This document shows positions 10,074-22,400 of a stretch of 64,000 nt of DNA, one piece after another. The translations under genes and the position numbers were made by a program. The stretch spans positions 1 to 64,000 of the forward strand of contig UYFQ01000340.1 in the NCBI GenBank assembly GCA_900617105.1. The letters run 5' to 3'. This stretch comes from Hydrurus foetidus. Its lineage: Eukaryota. Below the pieces are notes generated by a model. The model had not been told where the DNA came from and did not search any database. It was given only the letters and a program-made list of their open reading frames with translations. The stretch's first letter is position 1. Each line of letters opens with the position of its first letter.

Positions 10074-13000
10074 ATGAAAAATTCCAACCTCCGCGTAATT
10101 GAAAACGAGATGGAGACCTCTCAGATGTCAGATGCAAACGATGGTTTGCGATCAATATTAAACATTCAGCAGATACTGCCGCTCGTGGCAGATGTCGACG
10201 ATCCCAACCTCGACTCCTTGCAATTCGGGATGGTGTTCCACAAATTTGCAGTCATTGATCCTAATATTGTACGGCTGTCAGTAGCGGAAAGTGACGTTTC
10301 CTTCTTTCGAGTTGAGGATACATTTCAGCGGGGGCAAACAATCCTTGCCATATTTCTCGAGGCCTGTGAGTCCGTGTTTCTACATCTCACGATTTCGAAG
10401 GAGCGAGGCTTGCAATCCACCGTCTTTTACGGTAGAGACAAAGATTCCGGGAGGAACACCTCAGTGACTGTCCAAGACGCTGATGTTCAATGGGATGAGA
10501 TGATTGCCGAATTTCTGCCGTTGTTCAACGTCACTTTCAAATTACATTCAAAATACGTTTATGAAGCGAGTAATCAATCTCCAATCGCTGTGCGTGCTTT
10601 CAGCTTGTTCGACTCGATTTCAGACCGTAAGATCGCACGTTTGGCAAGGGAAAATAGTGAACGAGGTGATTTCTTACCTTATCTCCGTTTTGATTGGTGC
10701 CAGCTGTGGAAATTAAGAACATTTCCTAGTGAACCCTTCGTTGACATACAATGGAAATCGGTGATTGGTTATTTATTTGAAGCGGAGGGGATAAGATATA
10801 CGGAAGGCGTCATTGCAAATAAAGACCACCATATATACCTCTTTATTGGGAATTTTTGCATACTGTTGAAAAACCTAAACAAGCGATGGAATAAGATTGT
10901 TGCAACTGATGCACTATTTGGTAAATGTCCAGTGTCAAGTCGTTTTTTTCCTAGTTCTAGCAGACCATACTCTAACCGTGATGAGGAGAATCACCTCGAT
11001 AATCAAGGTAAGTACTTTTTGGTACAAATGTTAAGTATCAGGTATCTTTTTTTCTAATAATCCCTTGTATTGCACCAAATTTCTTAGGTTGCGAGAAAAT
11101 TTTACTCGCTTTGGCGCCACTCCTTGGTAGTGACTTATTTAATTACTGCAAATTACCACCGTGGCCTCTACTAAATAACAGATTTTTTGTTCTGAAAAAT
11201 TTCTTAGTAGATCAGAAAAAAAAGAATAATCGTAAAATCGATAGCAATAGGAAAAGTATTGGGATCCAATTGGAAAAAGCAGCATTAATTCAAGTGAATA
11301 ATTTTTCATTTGCTCATGCGATTCACTTAGAAATGATAAATCAAAAGATTACAGGAGCAGTAGGGAGACAATATCGAGCAGCATCTACAGCATTTCTTGC
11401 GCTTCCTGAATGGGGAATTTTAGCATTATATCCATATGAGAACAAGGTATGAAATCGAAAGCACGTTAAGTAACAAAATATTCAATAAACGTCAAACACT
11501 ATATATTCATAAAACTTATTTTTATCAATTTAGGTTCGACAACATAGATTTGAATTCTATCAAGATGTTGTAAAATGCAAATTAGGAGCTCATTTCGGGA
11601 GGTCATTTTTACTCGTGAAGCGGCAGAATGAAAGTGACCATCGTTTAATTCGATACATAATTTCAATTCCATCATCAGCTGACGTACACTGCCCTGAGGT
11701 ATTAAGAAAGTACACCGAGATTCTACAATTAATAAATGACGATATCTCACATAATGCCGTCGCACACCTGAAAGTAAATATTGATGACATATTCAATGAA
11801 GGGAAAGGAATAGTAACAATGACAAAAAAACTACAAACTCTACTTAATGTATCAATGAAATCAAAAATTAGTCCGGAATTATCCAATGAAATTTTATCGA
11901 ATGGAAATACGAACAGTTCAATTATTATTGACATAGTCAATGTCATTGAGAAACCTGGAAAATACGTTGAGTTCTTCGGATTATGTAATGATCTGTGTAA
12001 GAGAAGAGTTGAAGGAGCTCTAGCAAAGCGACATGGTAGCCAGGAACTTGTATCTCACGTTTCAACAATTAGCGAGTTATACCGTCTTGTCAGCAACATG
12101 ATAACTCATATCTACACTAACCAAGACTCGGGCGAAATTGATCACCAGAAAGTACATGACAGTATACCATCTTTAGATTACTTAAGGAAGCAATTCAGTC
12201 CGAGGAACCCATACATCCGAAAAGCAGACAGATACTACTCAGAGTTGCCATTTACACTCTACTCATCTAGTAGAACTAATCATGTCAAGCATCAAGACTT
12301 CGATTGGACACAACACTTAAAATCTTATTTGAAAGAATATGCTGTAGAGAACAAAGATGTGGCGATCTTTTTGCAAGTCGATGATAAAAATAAGGTGCAC
12401 ATGTCCATCATTTATTATTTTTTATCATAATATTTATTATCAATTATTGATTACTTAAGTTAACTATTTTCATATCTTTTCAATTAAGGTCCCTATTGGA
12501 GAACCTGATCGTCAGGCTCTTGCCACAGAGCGGAGTAGGCCCACTATCCATCCTATTGAAGGTGTAGGTCATATGACGTTATTTGCGGGAGGCGATCACG
12601 ATGCCGGATCTAACAGAGACAATGCAGTACCTACAGTTACCCTTATTAGTGATATTTCAGATGACGCCAGTGAATCGTTTTATCAAGGCCAAGTATACGT
12701 TGCGGTCAAGTCTAGTATAATGCAACCGAGTACTGTAGTACGTGCCCATGCAGAGCTTTCCAAGGTTTTAATTCGTGAAAAAAGTGAAAAAAAATCAATT
12801 GGTATTATGTTAACAGACGGTGGGCCTGAACACAATCTGAACTTCGTTTCAGTGCAAATAGCCTTGATAATAATGTGGCGTGTGGTGGATCTCGATGTAC
12901 TAGTAGTGTGTCGTTCGTGCCCACAAAACAGCTGGACTAATGAAGTCGAACGTGTTATGTCAGTTCTTAATTTGGGGCTTTATTCAATGTGCTTCTCTAG

Positions 13001-14781
13001 GCTACGAATGCATCCGGTTCATAACGATGATCGTGAATATGATGATGTTCATTGTACTGCAGCGTCATCAGAATTTCTAGAACAGAAATGGAGATCCTCT
13101 GGGACTACGGCCATATTGCGACAGCGATTGCAAGAGAATGTGGATTTTCGTAACGCTGCTACGAAGTCTATCGGAGGGGCATGCGAAGAGATGACAAAAC
13201 GGTTCTTAAATTTGACGTGGACAGACAGGAATATTGAAAGAGGCTACATAGCCTCTGATACTGAGCTGAAAGAATTTGTCGAAGTTCTAAATTCATTTGA
13301 CCCATCTTTAGGGGAGTATTCAAGTTCTAATTATTCAAAATCGGATGTGTTCTCGTCAAATAAGATGAAAGAAATGTACGCCAAGAAGGATGGTATGAAT
13401 GATTTTATAGAAAGTCATTGCTTAAAATCATCGTACCTTTTTCAAGTTAAGGCAATCTGTTGGTTCACAACAGCAAAAGAAGAAATTGGAGCAGGAAGGG
13501 ATCCTAACTGCTACCCAGGATTAGTACATCCCACCTGTCCATTCAGATGTAAAAGACCAGCTCAGCCGTTATCAGAATTTGCGTTATCGGCTTTCATGCC
13601 TTGTCCTGATAAAAACCCACAAGAGAAAGGTCTTTAAGCTCCATATATGTCATATAAGTTAGCAAAGGAGAGAGTGAATCAAGGACATAAGAATTCTGGT
13701 GATTCTTTTGTACCTAGTTTAACGGCTATCGAAACTAAGTCAAAATGGGATGTACCACCTGTCAACACAAAAGGTCATAATTTATCATTTTTCGTTTCTC
13801 ATATTTCATTTTACATTTTCCTTTTTCTATTTTTCATTTTTCATTCTTTGATTTTTCTATTGTTCTGAATGTAGGTGCTGAAATCAAACCGCATACTTTA
13901 TGTTGTGCCAAGAACATTTACAGCACGATTCGCTGCAAAAGCTGTGGGAAGCCAAGGCCAGTTTTTCTCGTTGGAAATACCAAAATGAGCCTAAACGACA
14001 AGGAGAAGGTCAATAACTTTCTCGAAAATCAATCATTGAATTACTCATGTGGAGTAGATTTCTCTGAAATAGTCTCCTTGATCGATTTTGACAAACCGAT
14101 ATCTCGACCATACTGCGCAACATACAGTGGGAGTTTAACGTTAAGTTGTCTACATCCAGTTGATGAGAAGGTACGTCACTGAATCAGAATTGCACTGTAT
14201 TGTTTTCCACACTTATTTATAATTTATCTTTTGAACATTTGTAGGTTTACTTATTGGATCAACATAAAAAAACTTGCTATCATTGTGGAGAGGATACAGG
14301 AAAACCCACTGTTATAAATCAATATCCATTATGTGATGATGGTTTGAACAAAGGATGGAAGCATAAAGTATTTACTATAATTGCTAAGAACAACCGGGGG
14401 AAAAAGGCCAAGACCGGAGTGGATTCAGAAGTCGTAGGAGATGCAAAAGAGGATAATATGGATGACGGCGAGAATAAGAGTGGCTTCGATGACGACTTTC
14501 TTATGGAAGAGAAAGAAAATGATGAGGAGAACAATGAAATAGAAGAGGAAGGCTATGAAGAAGAGGATGAAGAGAATAATGGCGTTAAGAGCGATTTAAT
14601 TTCAGAATCAAAGAAAAGGAATAAAAAGTGCAAGAAGACAAGAAACGGTTATGTTAGTCAAGCTGATGAGGAATTTACTCAAATGCATGGCAGAGGTGAT
14701 TTTTCATCTCTTCCTTGCAACAGTTTTAGTAACATTAATCTTTTATTGCAGGCAGATAATAGAAGCAGAAATGGAAAGTAG
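10074..14781 (+). pseudogene. Zator-type transposase, multi-exon (approx. 10074-11007, 11088-11446, 11534-12394, 12489-13773, 13876-14170, 14245-14781) with one in-frame TAA at 13635-13637; Cys-rich and acidic C-terminal region
   Basis: Spliced QVDDKNK|VPIGEP (D1), GDHD, PTV, SFYQGQVYV, TDGGPEH (D2), DLD...CPQNSWTNEVERVMS (E, 43 residues after D2). C-terminal CKSCGKPR, YSCG, CYHCG, YPLC. Frame continues unchanged across the TAA. Confidence 0.82.
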
Positions 14782-15141
14782 ATACGAGAGTAATGAAGTG
14801 ATGTTCTAAAATTATGTAAATAATAATGTAACTTATGATTGATAACGACTTGTTTATGTCTTCGGGCCTTGTGCAGTAACGCAAACTGTCGAATGATGCA
14901 TGCAGACGCAGAAACAACAGAGAAATAGACTTTCTTTAACCTTCAAGTGAAGTTTCGTTAAAAGCAATAAGTTTCGTGAAAATCCCCCTTCCCCTTTTCG
15001 GTTTTGACCATGACGTGCTTATTCTAGACAGCACTCCGCCGCCCAGGGTTCATGAAGACCCTTTTCCCGTCATGAGACACCGGCCAGATTTCACCGTTTT
15101 CACGCGCGGGTCGAAAAGGAATCCTTTTCGCACCTCCGGTA

Positions 15142-15480
15142 CCGTCGAGTGCCATACATTTGGATTCTGGAGTTTTCCGTTTTTTCCAAAAAAAGCCAAA
15201 ATATGGTCATTTTTGGACTTCTCGCGAATAACAACGAAGCCCAACTCAACTTTCTTCTATTATCTTCAAGATGAGCTCTGTTCGTACATGATCCGCTATG
15301 TAGGTCGCGCAACTATTGCGCGCTTCAGCAGCATTTGGTGTCTGAAATCGTCCATTTCGTGGTGGAAACGGTGATTTTGACCGGCATCAAATAATTTTGA
15401 CCCGAAAGTTTTCAGTGATTTTAACCGTGATAAAAAAAAAGTAATACCAAAACACAGACCAAATGTATGGCACTCGACGG
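15142..15480. mobile_element. Tc1/mariner-type MITE (339 bp)
   Basis: Perfect 22-bp TIRs CCGTCGAGTGCCATACATTTGG (15142-15163 / 15459-15480). TA at 15140-15141 and 15481-15482. No coding capacity. Confidence 0.88.
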
Positions 15481-15825
15481 TACGAAAAAAATTCCTTTAT
15501 CCAGCTGGAGCCCGATAAAGACTCTTATACGGGTATCGGCCCCCCCTAACATTTTGAGTTTTTCTCGGTACGAAATTACTATTGTGGAACATTCTCGCAG
15601 GTAATTCGATAGTTTTACATCGTTTTCGATCATTAAAATTTTCTGAAATTGATGATTTCATCACGAGATCGACACAAGTCACTTTTGGCGATTCACCATT
15701 GTCGGATATAGATGAAGCAAGAGTATGAGTTACATATTCTATCTTCTAGGCAGCAGTCATATTAGTATGGAGCCGCGAGGGTTTTGTGCAAATCGCTATA
15801 GTCACTGAGATGCATCAGTTTCAGA

Positions 15826-15901
15826 GACCAAAAATGTGCCTTTTTCGTTGAAATATTGGGAAATCGCATCCCGAATACGTTAAAAAGGCACATTTTTGGT
15901 C
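15826..15901. repeat. Perfect 20-bp inverted repeat with 36-nt spacer (hairpin)
   Basis: GACCAAAAATGTGCCTTTTT (15826-15845) and AAAAAGGCACATTTTTGGTC (15882-15901). Confidence 0.85.
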
Positions 15902-15941
15902 GAGTACGAAGAAGCCGGGAAAGACGGTATGCTGGGTAAAC

Positions 15942-16682
15942 TGTCGGGTTAAGTTAAAGTTTGTGAAAGAAGCGAGCAAGCAGCTAACAACAGACACAAG
16001 CGATAGGCTACAAGCTACAAGGGTGCTGAAGCTGATGAGCGTCCGTTACCGGTGGACAGGTGATGTGGATGAAAATAGACTATGGGTACGTGACTTGTAT
16101 ACTAACGTGTATGTTGTGTACGGTGAACGTACGAACTAGGCTACACTACTCCTTCCTCCTTAAAATTTAAGTAAAGTGAGAGAAAATGAATATGAGTGGA
16201 GATACATGTGGTAAGTATAGCTCATTTGAAAAAGGTGCCACTTCAAATTATTCAGGGATCCCATGCGCCTATCCATCGTCAAAGATTTGGTAGTATGTGT
16301 GGATATGAAAATCAAAATGTTGTAGACACGATTTTCATCGGCGACACTCCTTAGAGTCGGGGTATGATATCTAAACAATTATGTCAGACTCTTACTGACT
16401 AAAAACTCCCAAAAAGAATGTTGGCCGACAACAAACAAAAAAATAGGGTTGAAATCATGGATATTGTTCAGTATTATGTATTTGTATCTACAACGTTTGT
16501 AAACTTTCTAGGTATTAAACGTTGAAGATTGTTATATGTCAAATATTCGTGTAATTTTTCAGTATCACGAAGATCGGCATAGGATGTCCATGAATTGTGT
16601 TCATCGGCATAATCTACCATTTGACGAGAAACCACGATGTTCAAGGATATTTTCAAAACAAAATTCCATATAATCATGACGA
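15942..16682 (-). mobile_element. 3' fragment of a Ty3/Gypsy chromovirus: degenerate chromodomain, 3' UTR, PPT, ~204-bp 3' LTR (16145-15942)
   Basis: HDYMEF...DYADEHNSWTSYADLRDTEKLHEYL...LIP resembles the chromodomain at 25322. Purine tract AAGGAGGAAGGAGTAG then TGTAG at 16145. Candidate end ...CGACA at 15942 (end position less certain). Confidence 0.7.
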
Positions 16683-19439
16683 TGTGGTCGTACCGGGTAT
16701 ACCGGGCCTACGGGCCGTACCGGAACTCATCACGATCCACCCGATCCTTCCGCCTACTGCACACTTACATCTCTAGCACACTGCTAGCTAGTTGCAGCCG
16801 ACTCGTAGAAGTTAACCTAGCTTCTAGCATAGCCTGTAACTAGCTAACGCCTACCACTCTATCGACCTTCTCTTCCATCCGGACTACAATAGTGCTATTC
16901 GTCCACTCTTTCTTCTTCTACCTCTCAGTCCATCTACTTGTCCCAATCTGTAGATAAGACTTCTGAGCTACTGCTCGTCAGCTGTTCAAGTCGACTTCTC
17001 TTGCAGCTTTCAGCTCAGAGAACAGTAGTTTAAGTTAGAGAAAGTCAGCGTACCTGCTTTCTTGGAATCCCTAAGCTTGGGCTCTTCCACTCTTTAAGTT
17101 TCCGGTCGAAGTTGAAAGATCCTTCCCGAGATTCATTAAAGACCTATTCTACCATCTGTTTGAATTTTCAGCTTGTCGTAGTGAGGTGTTAAAGACTCGA
17201 CTACGGCTGTATCAGGTTCGGCACCCAACACTATCATACGACGCGTATACTTATGTTGAAACAATGGATCGAGTTTATCCAATGCTTCCCTTCTTTCGAA
17301 TTCGCGTCTGCGAGCCTCGCTCTTTCCCTTTTTCTCAGCACTAAGCTCAGCAGAAATGCCGAAAGCAAACGGAGTTAACGTCCAGAAGTCATATTTATTT
17401 ACCGTATCACAGCTAAACAAAATGTCAATTTCTGTTTTACGATTTACCCTTTTGGGCAGGCTGATGTTATGGCATTCACCATCGTAAGTATGAAATAAGA
17501 TTTTTAAATCGCAAATTTCATTATTTAAGTAACATTGGCCATCGAGGCCACTACAAACAGTTATGGCTTTAAGAGCAGGATAACAAAGGTGAGTAGCATT
17601 TAATTTTTCAATCATATCGTATGAAATAAAATTGTCTGAATAGTTGGCCGCATCCATTACGGCTTTCCCCGCGGCGCGCAGCTCGCTAGCTGGGCCTGTC
17701 CTGTCCTTATCCTGCACAATAACCGTAACGTTAAGGTTGTGAGATGCTAAGGTGGAAGGGTTATGTAAGAATTCTTCACGAATAGGTACATGTGGCTGCA
17801 CTTCGACATGATCGTCAGTCAGATTAAAGACATCATCGTCGAAAGTGGCAGCCACGCAAGGTTCTTACCTTGATTCTGTCCTGACTGAGTGTTGGGAGGA
17901 GGGTTGTTTCCCTGCGGTGGGTTGTATTTACCCCTACCGCCATACCCACGGCCCTGGTTTTGGTTTGCATTGGGGTGTTGATTTCCCCTTTGCTTACCTC
18001 GACCACCTCCCTGGTTACTATGGTTACCATAGTTGGATTGGTTTTGGGAGTTTCCTCCTTGTGTGGTCGTACCGGGTATATCGGGCCTACGGGCCGTACC
18101 GAACCTCGTCACGATCCACCCGATCCTTCCGCCTACTGCACACTTACATCTCTAGCACACTGCTAGCTAGTTGCAGCCGACTCGTAGAAGTTAACCTAGC
18201 TTCTAGCATAGCCTGTAACTAGCTAACGCCTACCACTCTATCGACCTTCTCTTCCATTCGGACTACAATAGTGCTATTCGTCCACTCTTTCTTCTTCTAC
18301 CTCTCAGTCCATCTACTCGTCCCAATCTGTAGATAAGACTTCTGAGCTACTGCTCGTCAGCTGTTCAAGTCGACTTCTCTTGCAGCTTTCAGCTCAGAGA
18401 ACAGTAGTTTAAGTTAGAGAAAGTCAGCGTACCTGCTTTCTTGGAATCCCTAAGCTTGGGCTCTTCCACTCTTTAAGTTTCCGGTCGAAGTTGAAAGATC
18501 CTTCCCGAGATTCATTAAAGACCTATTCTACCATCTGTTTGAATTTTCAGCTTGTCGTAGTGAGGTGTTAAAGACTCGACTACGGCTGTATCAGGTTCGG
18601 CACCCAACACTATCATACGACGCGTATACTTATGTTGAAACAATGGATCGAGTTTATCCAATGCTTCTTTCTTTCGAATTCGCGTCTGCGAGCCTCGCTC
18701 TTTCCCTTTTTCTCAGCACTAAGCTCAGCAGAAATGCCGAAAGCAAACGGAGTTAACGTCCAGAAGTCATATTTATTTACCGTATCACAGCTAAACAAAA
18801 TGTCAATTTCTGTTTTACGATTTACCCTTTTGGGCAGGCTGATGTTATGGCATTCACCATCGTAAGTATGAAATAAGATTTTTAAATCGCAAATTTCATT
18901 ATTTAAGTAACATTGGCCATCGAGGCCACTACAAACAGTTATGGCTTTAAGAGCAGGATAACAAAGGTGAGTAGCATTTAATTTTTCAATCATATCGTAT
19001 GAAATAAAATTGTCTGAATAGTTGGCCGCATCCATTACGGCTTTCCCCGCGGCGCGCAGCTCGCTAGCTGGGCCTGTCCTGTCCTTATCCTGCACAATAA
19101 CCGTAACGTTAAGGTTGTGAGATGCTAAGGTGGAAGGGTTATGTAAGAATTCTTCACGAATAGGTACATGTGGCTGCACTTCGACATGATCGTCAGTCAG
19201 ATTAAAGACATCATCGTCGAAAGTGGCAGCCACGCAAGGTTCTTACCTTGATTCTGTCCTGACTGAGTGTTGGGAGGAGGGTTGTTTCCCTGCGGTGGGT
19301 TGTATTTACCCCTACCGCCATACCCACGGCCCTGGTTTTGGTTTGCATTGGGGTGTTGATTTCCCCTTTGCTTACCTCGACCACCTCCCTGGTTACCATG
19401 GTTACCATAGTTGGATTGGTTTTGGGAGTTTCCTCCTTG
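16683..19439. repeat. Near-identical tandem duplication, units 16683-18061 and 18062-19439. Each unit = plus-strand 206-bp LTR (16683-16888; 18062-18267) + leader + antisense gag-C-terminus/protease fragment
   Basis: Period 1379/1378 bp. Duplicated ORFs 17136-17855 and 18613-19233 are identical over most of their length. LTR copies match 19440-19645. Confidence 0.93.
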
Positions 19440-22400
19440 TGTGGTCGTACCGGGTATACCGGGCCTACGGGCCGTACCGAACCTCGTCACGATCCACCCG
19501 ATCCTTCCGCCTACAGTACACATACATCTCTAGCACAGCACTAGCTAGCTGCAGCCGACTCGTAGAAGTTAACCTAGCTTCTAGCATAGCCTGTAACTAG
19601 CTAACGCCTACCACTCTATCGACCTTCTCTTCCATCCGGACTACAATAGTGCTATTCGTCCACTCTTTCTTCTTCTACCTCTCAGTCCATCTACTCGTCC
19701 CAATCTGTAGATAAGACTTCTGAGCTACTGCTCGTCTGCTATAAGCCGACTTCTCTTGCAGCTTTCAGCTCAGAGAACAGTAGTTTAAGTTAGAGAAAGT
19801 CAGCATACCTGCTTTCTTGGAATCCCTAAGCTTGGGCTCTTCCATTCTTTATCCACCTGGAGCCCTATAAACACTCTTATACGGGTGTCGGCCCCCCCTA
19901 ACATTTTGAGTTTTTCGTACCGCTGGTACAAAAAGGTAGACTGACACTAACAGCGGTACGAAAAGGTAGACCGAAAGTCACAGCGGTATGAAAAAAAATA
20001 TTGGCCGCTGTGAGTGTCAGTCTACCTTTTCGTACCGCTGTGAGCATCGGTCTCACGGTGGATAAAGTAACGTTCGTACGCTCGACCATGAAACCTCGGC
20101 AAACCCCTTACAAAATTTTTGGCAACGGGGGGATTGATCGCTGCTGTGTTTAAGCGAGATACATATCTAGTAGCGATATGTCCGCCACCGCACCTCCAAC
20201 TCCTCCACCTCCTGATGAGGAAGAGATTGCTCGCCTGGCAGCGTTGGCTGCACTCAATGAGTCTTTACCATTGAATAACTCGTCATTTGCAAACAACTCG
20301 CTGACGATACAACTCCAGAGTGAGGTGTTCGTGCTCAGACACAACTTCATTGATGAAGCTGATGCCATTGAGTTCTACGAACAGGCTCAACGAAATCCAA
20401 ACATGAAGTTGACTGACTGTATGCAGAAACAGGCAATCGAACTCTTGAATTTCAAAATCTTAGTCGATCCTGAATTCAACATCATAGATCGTCGACAACG
20501 TCATGATTGGTTCACCATTCTATCGGTGACTCAGGTAGCCACTCTAGTAGTGAAGTACTTCTGCCCAAACGGTTTGGGGGAGTGTACTTTGGCAGAGAGT
20601 TTTAGCCAAATTCCCTTCCACTACCAGATCGCTAACCACGATCATGAGAATGCCACATTCATTCGTTACAATGAACTTGTGAGCAACTATGAGAGGTCCA
20701 AGGGCCCTCTGACTATGACTCAGCATGCTGAGCTTATTCAGATCTTGGAGAAGCGCCTAGCTAAGGGTAGTCAAATTCAACAAGACTACCTGAGAGCGAA
20801 AGCAGCTGACACCTCACCACCTAACACGTGGACGTGGTTAAAGACAATGCTACGCATTGGTCAGGTTCTGGCTGAGGCTAGGTCGATGATGAACCTCATC
20901 AAGAGCTACGGCAACCCGGATGTGGTGTACTCGTTCCCTTCATCAGCGCATTCCGCCTGAGGTTGGTAAGAAAGAGACAGGCAGAGCTAGTGTTAAAGCA
21001 CCCTCTCCTACTCCATCCGTGACGTCTAGATCACTCACAACGACTGTGCGTACAACAGGCTCGTACATTCCGACTCAGCACGGACTCGCTGTCCGTGCGT
21101 CGACGGAAGTGCCGTTCGTACCGAACTTACTAGCGTGCCGCTCGTGCGGGTCTAAGTCGCACATGTTGGGCGAGTGCCCCATTCTGTATTATTCCGACTC
21201 CAATACAGACCATTCGGCTGATTGGGAGGATTCTAAATTGGGGTTGTTTTGGGCCGCGGTAGGGTTCACAGAATGGCAACAACATCTCGTACTCCCCGGA
21301 TACGAAGATCGCGTTCTGTTACTCCCTAAGGGTCCTAAACCCTACTTGATGTCTAAAGACTACAAGCGCCCCAAAAACAGCCATGGTGGCGGCAACAACC
21401 CCAATGCCTCTGGTGGTTTCAACCAGGGACATGGGGGGTATAACCAAAACCAGGGGAACTACGGTAACCAGGGAGGTGGTTACCATGGCAACCAAGGAGG
21501 GTGTAGAGGTAAGCAGAGGGGAGGATACAACCCCAATGCAAACCAAAACCAGGGTCGTGGATCCGGTGGCAGGGGTAATCGATATAACCCCCCACAGGGA
21601 AACAACCCTCCCTCCTCCTCCAGTTCAGGTCAGGATCAAGGTAAGAACCTTCGTTTTGATGACGTGGCTGCTGTCTTTGACAATGATACCCATAATCTGA
21701 TGGAAATTCATGTCGAAGAACAGCCACATGTAATTATTCGTGAAGATTTTTTGCATGATCCATCTGTCCTTCCTTCTCATCACCTCAACGTAACTGTTAT
21801 CGTGCAGGATAAGGAAAAGACAGGCCCAGCGAGCGAGCTGCGTGACGTAGGAAGAGCCGTGTTGGACACCGCTAACTACTCCGAGGATTTTATTTCTTTT
21901 ACTATGTTAGAAAAATTGAATGCTACCCACCTATGTTACCCCACTCCTACAGCCATAACTGTTTGTAGCGGCCTCGACGGTCACTGCTATTTAAATAACG
22001 AAATTTACGATTTAAAAATCCTTTTTCATTCTTACGATGGCGAATGCCAGAGCATCAGCTTACCTATGAGAGTAAATAAGAAAACCGAAATCGAAATTTT
22101 GTTTAGCCGTAAAACGGTAAATAAATACGATTTTTGGTCCTTAACTCCGTTTGCTTTCGGCATATCGCCAGAACTAAGCGCGGAAAATAAAAAGAAAGCG
22201 ATGCGCGCAAACGCGAATTCTATAAGAAAGAAGTTTGTTGAAACTTGATCCCATGTATCAACATAAGTATACGCGTCGTATGATAGCGTTGGGTGCCGAA
22301 CCTGATATAGCCGAAGTCGAGTCTATTACGCCTCACTACGACAAGCTGAAATATCCAGGCGGCAAACCTTCCTCTAAAAAGATGGTAACATATGGAGTAC

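Larger units (their letters stand above)
6850..15043 (+). mobile_element. Zator-type DNA transposon (~5.6 kb without its nested insert)
   Basis: Perfect 34-bp TIRs GGCGGCGGAGTGCTGTCTAGAATAAGCACGTCAT (6850-6883; reverse complement 15010-15043) with 5'-GG ends. 3-bp direct repeat CAG at 6847-6849 and 15044-15046. Encodes a DD43E transposase. Confidence 0.88.

Noticed and set aside
6784..15115. 9-bp inverted pair TTCGACCCG / CGGGTCGAA that could bound an older MITE hosting the Zator
   Set aside because: Too short and no TSD; compatible with chance.
16683..17089. ~405-bp LTR ending ...CTTCCA
   Set aside because: The 3' LTR and the CTTG TSD fix the LTR at 206 bp; the extra ~200 bp is leader.
19921..20045. 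~30-bp repeats with short spacers suggestive of a CRISPR-like array
   Set aside because: Only 2-3 degenerate abutting copies plus an inverted copy; no unique spacers, no cas genes, eukaryotic TE context.
20920..22250. Programmed gag/pol frameshifts at ~20950 and ~22235
   Set aside because: The related minus-strand copy reads through both positions in a single frame, so these are decay indels.
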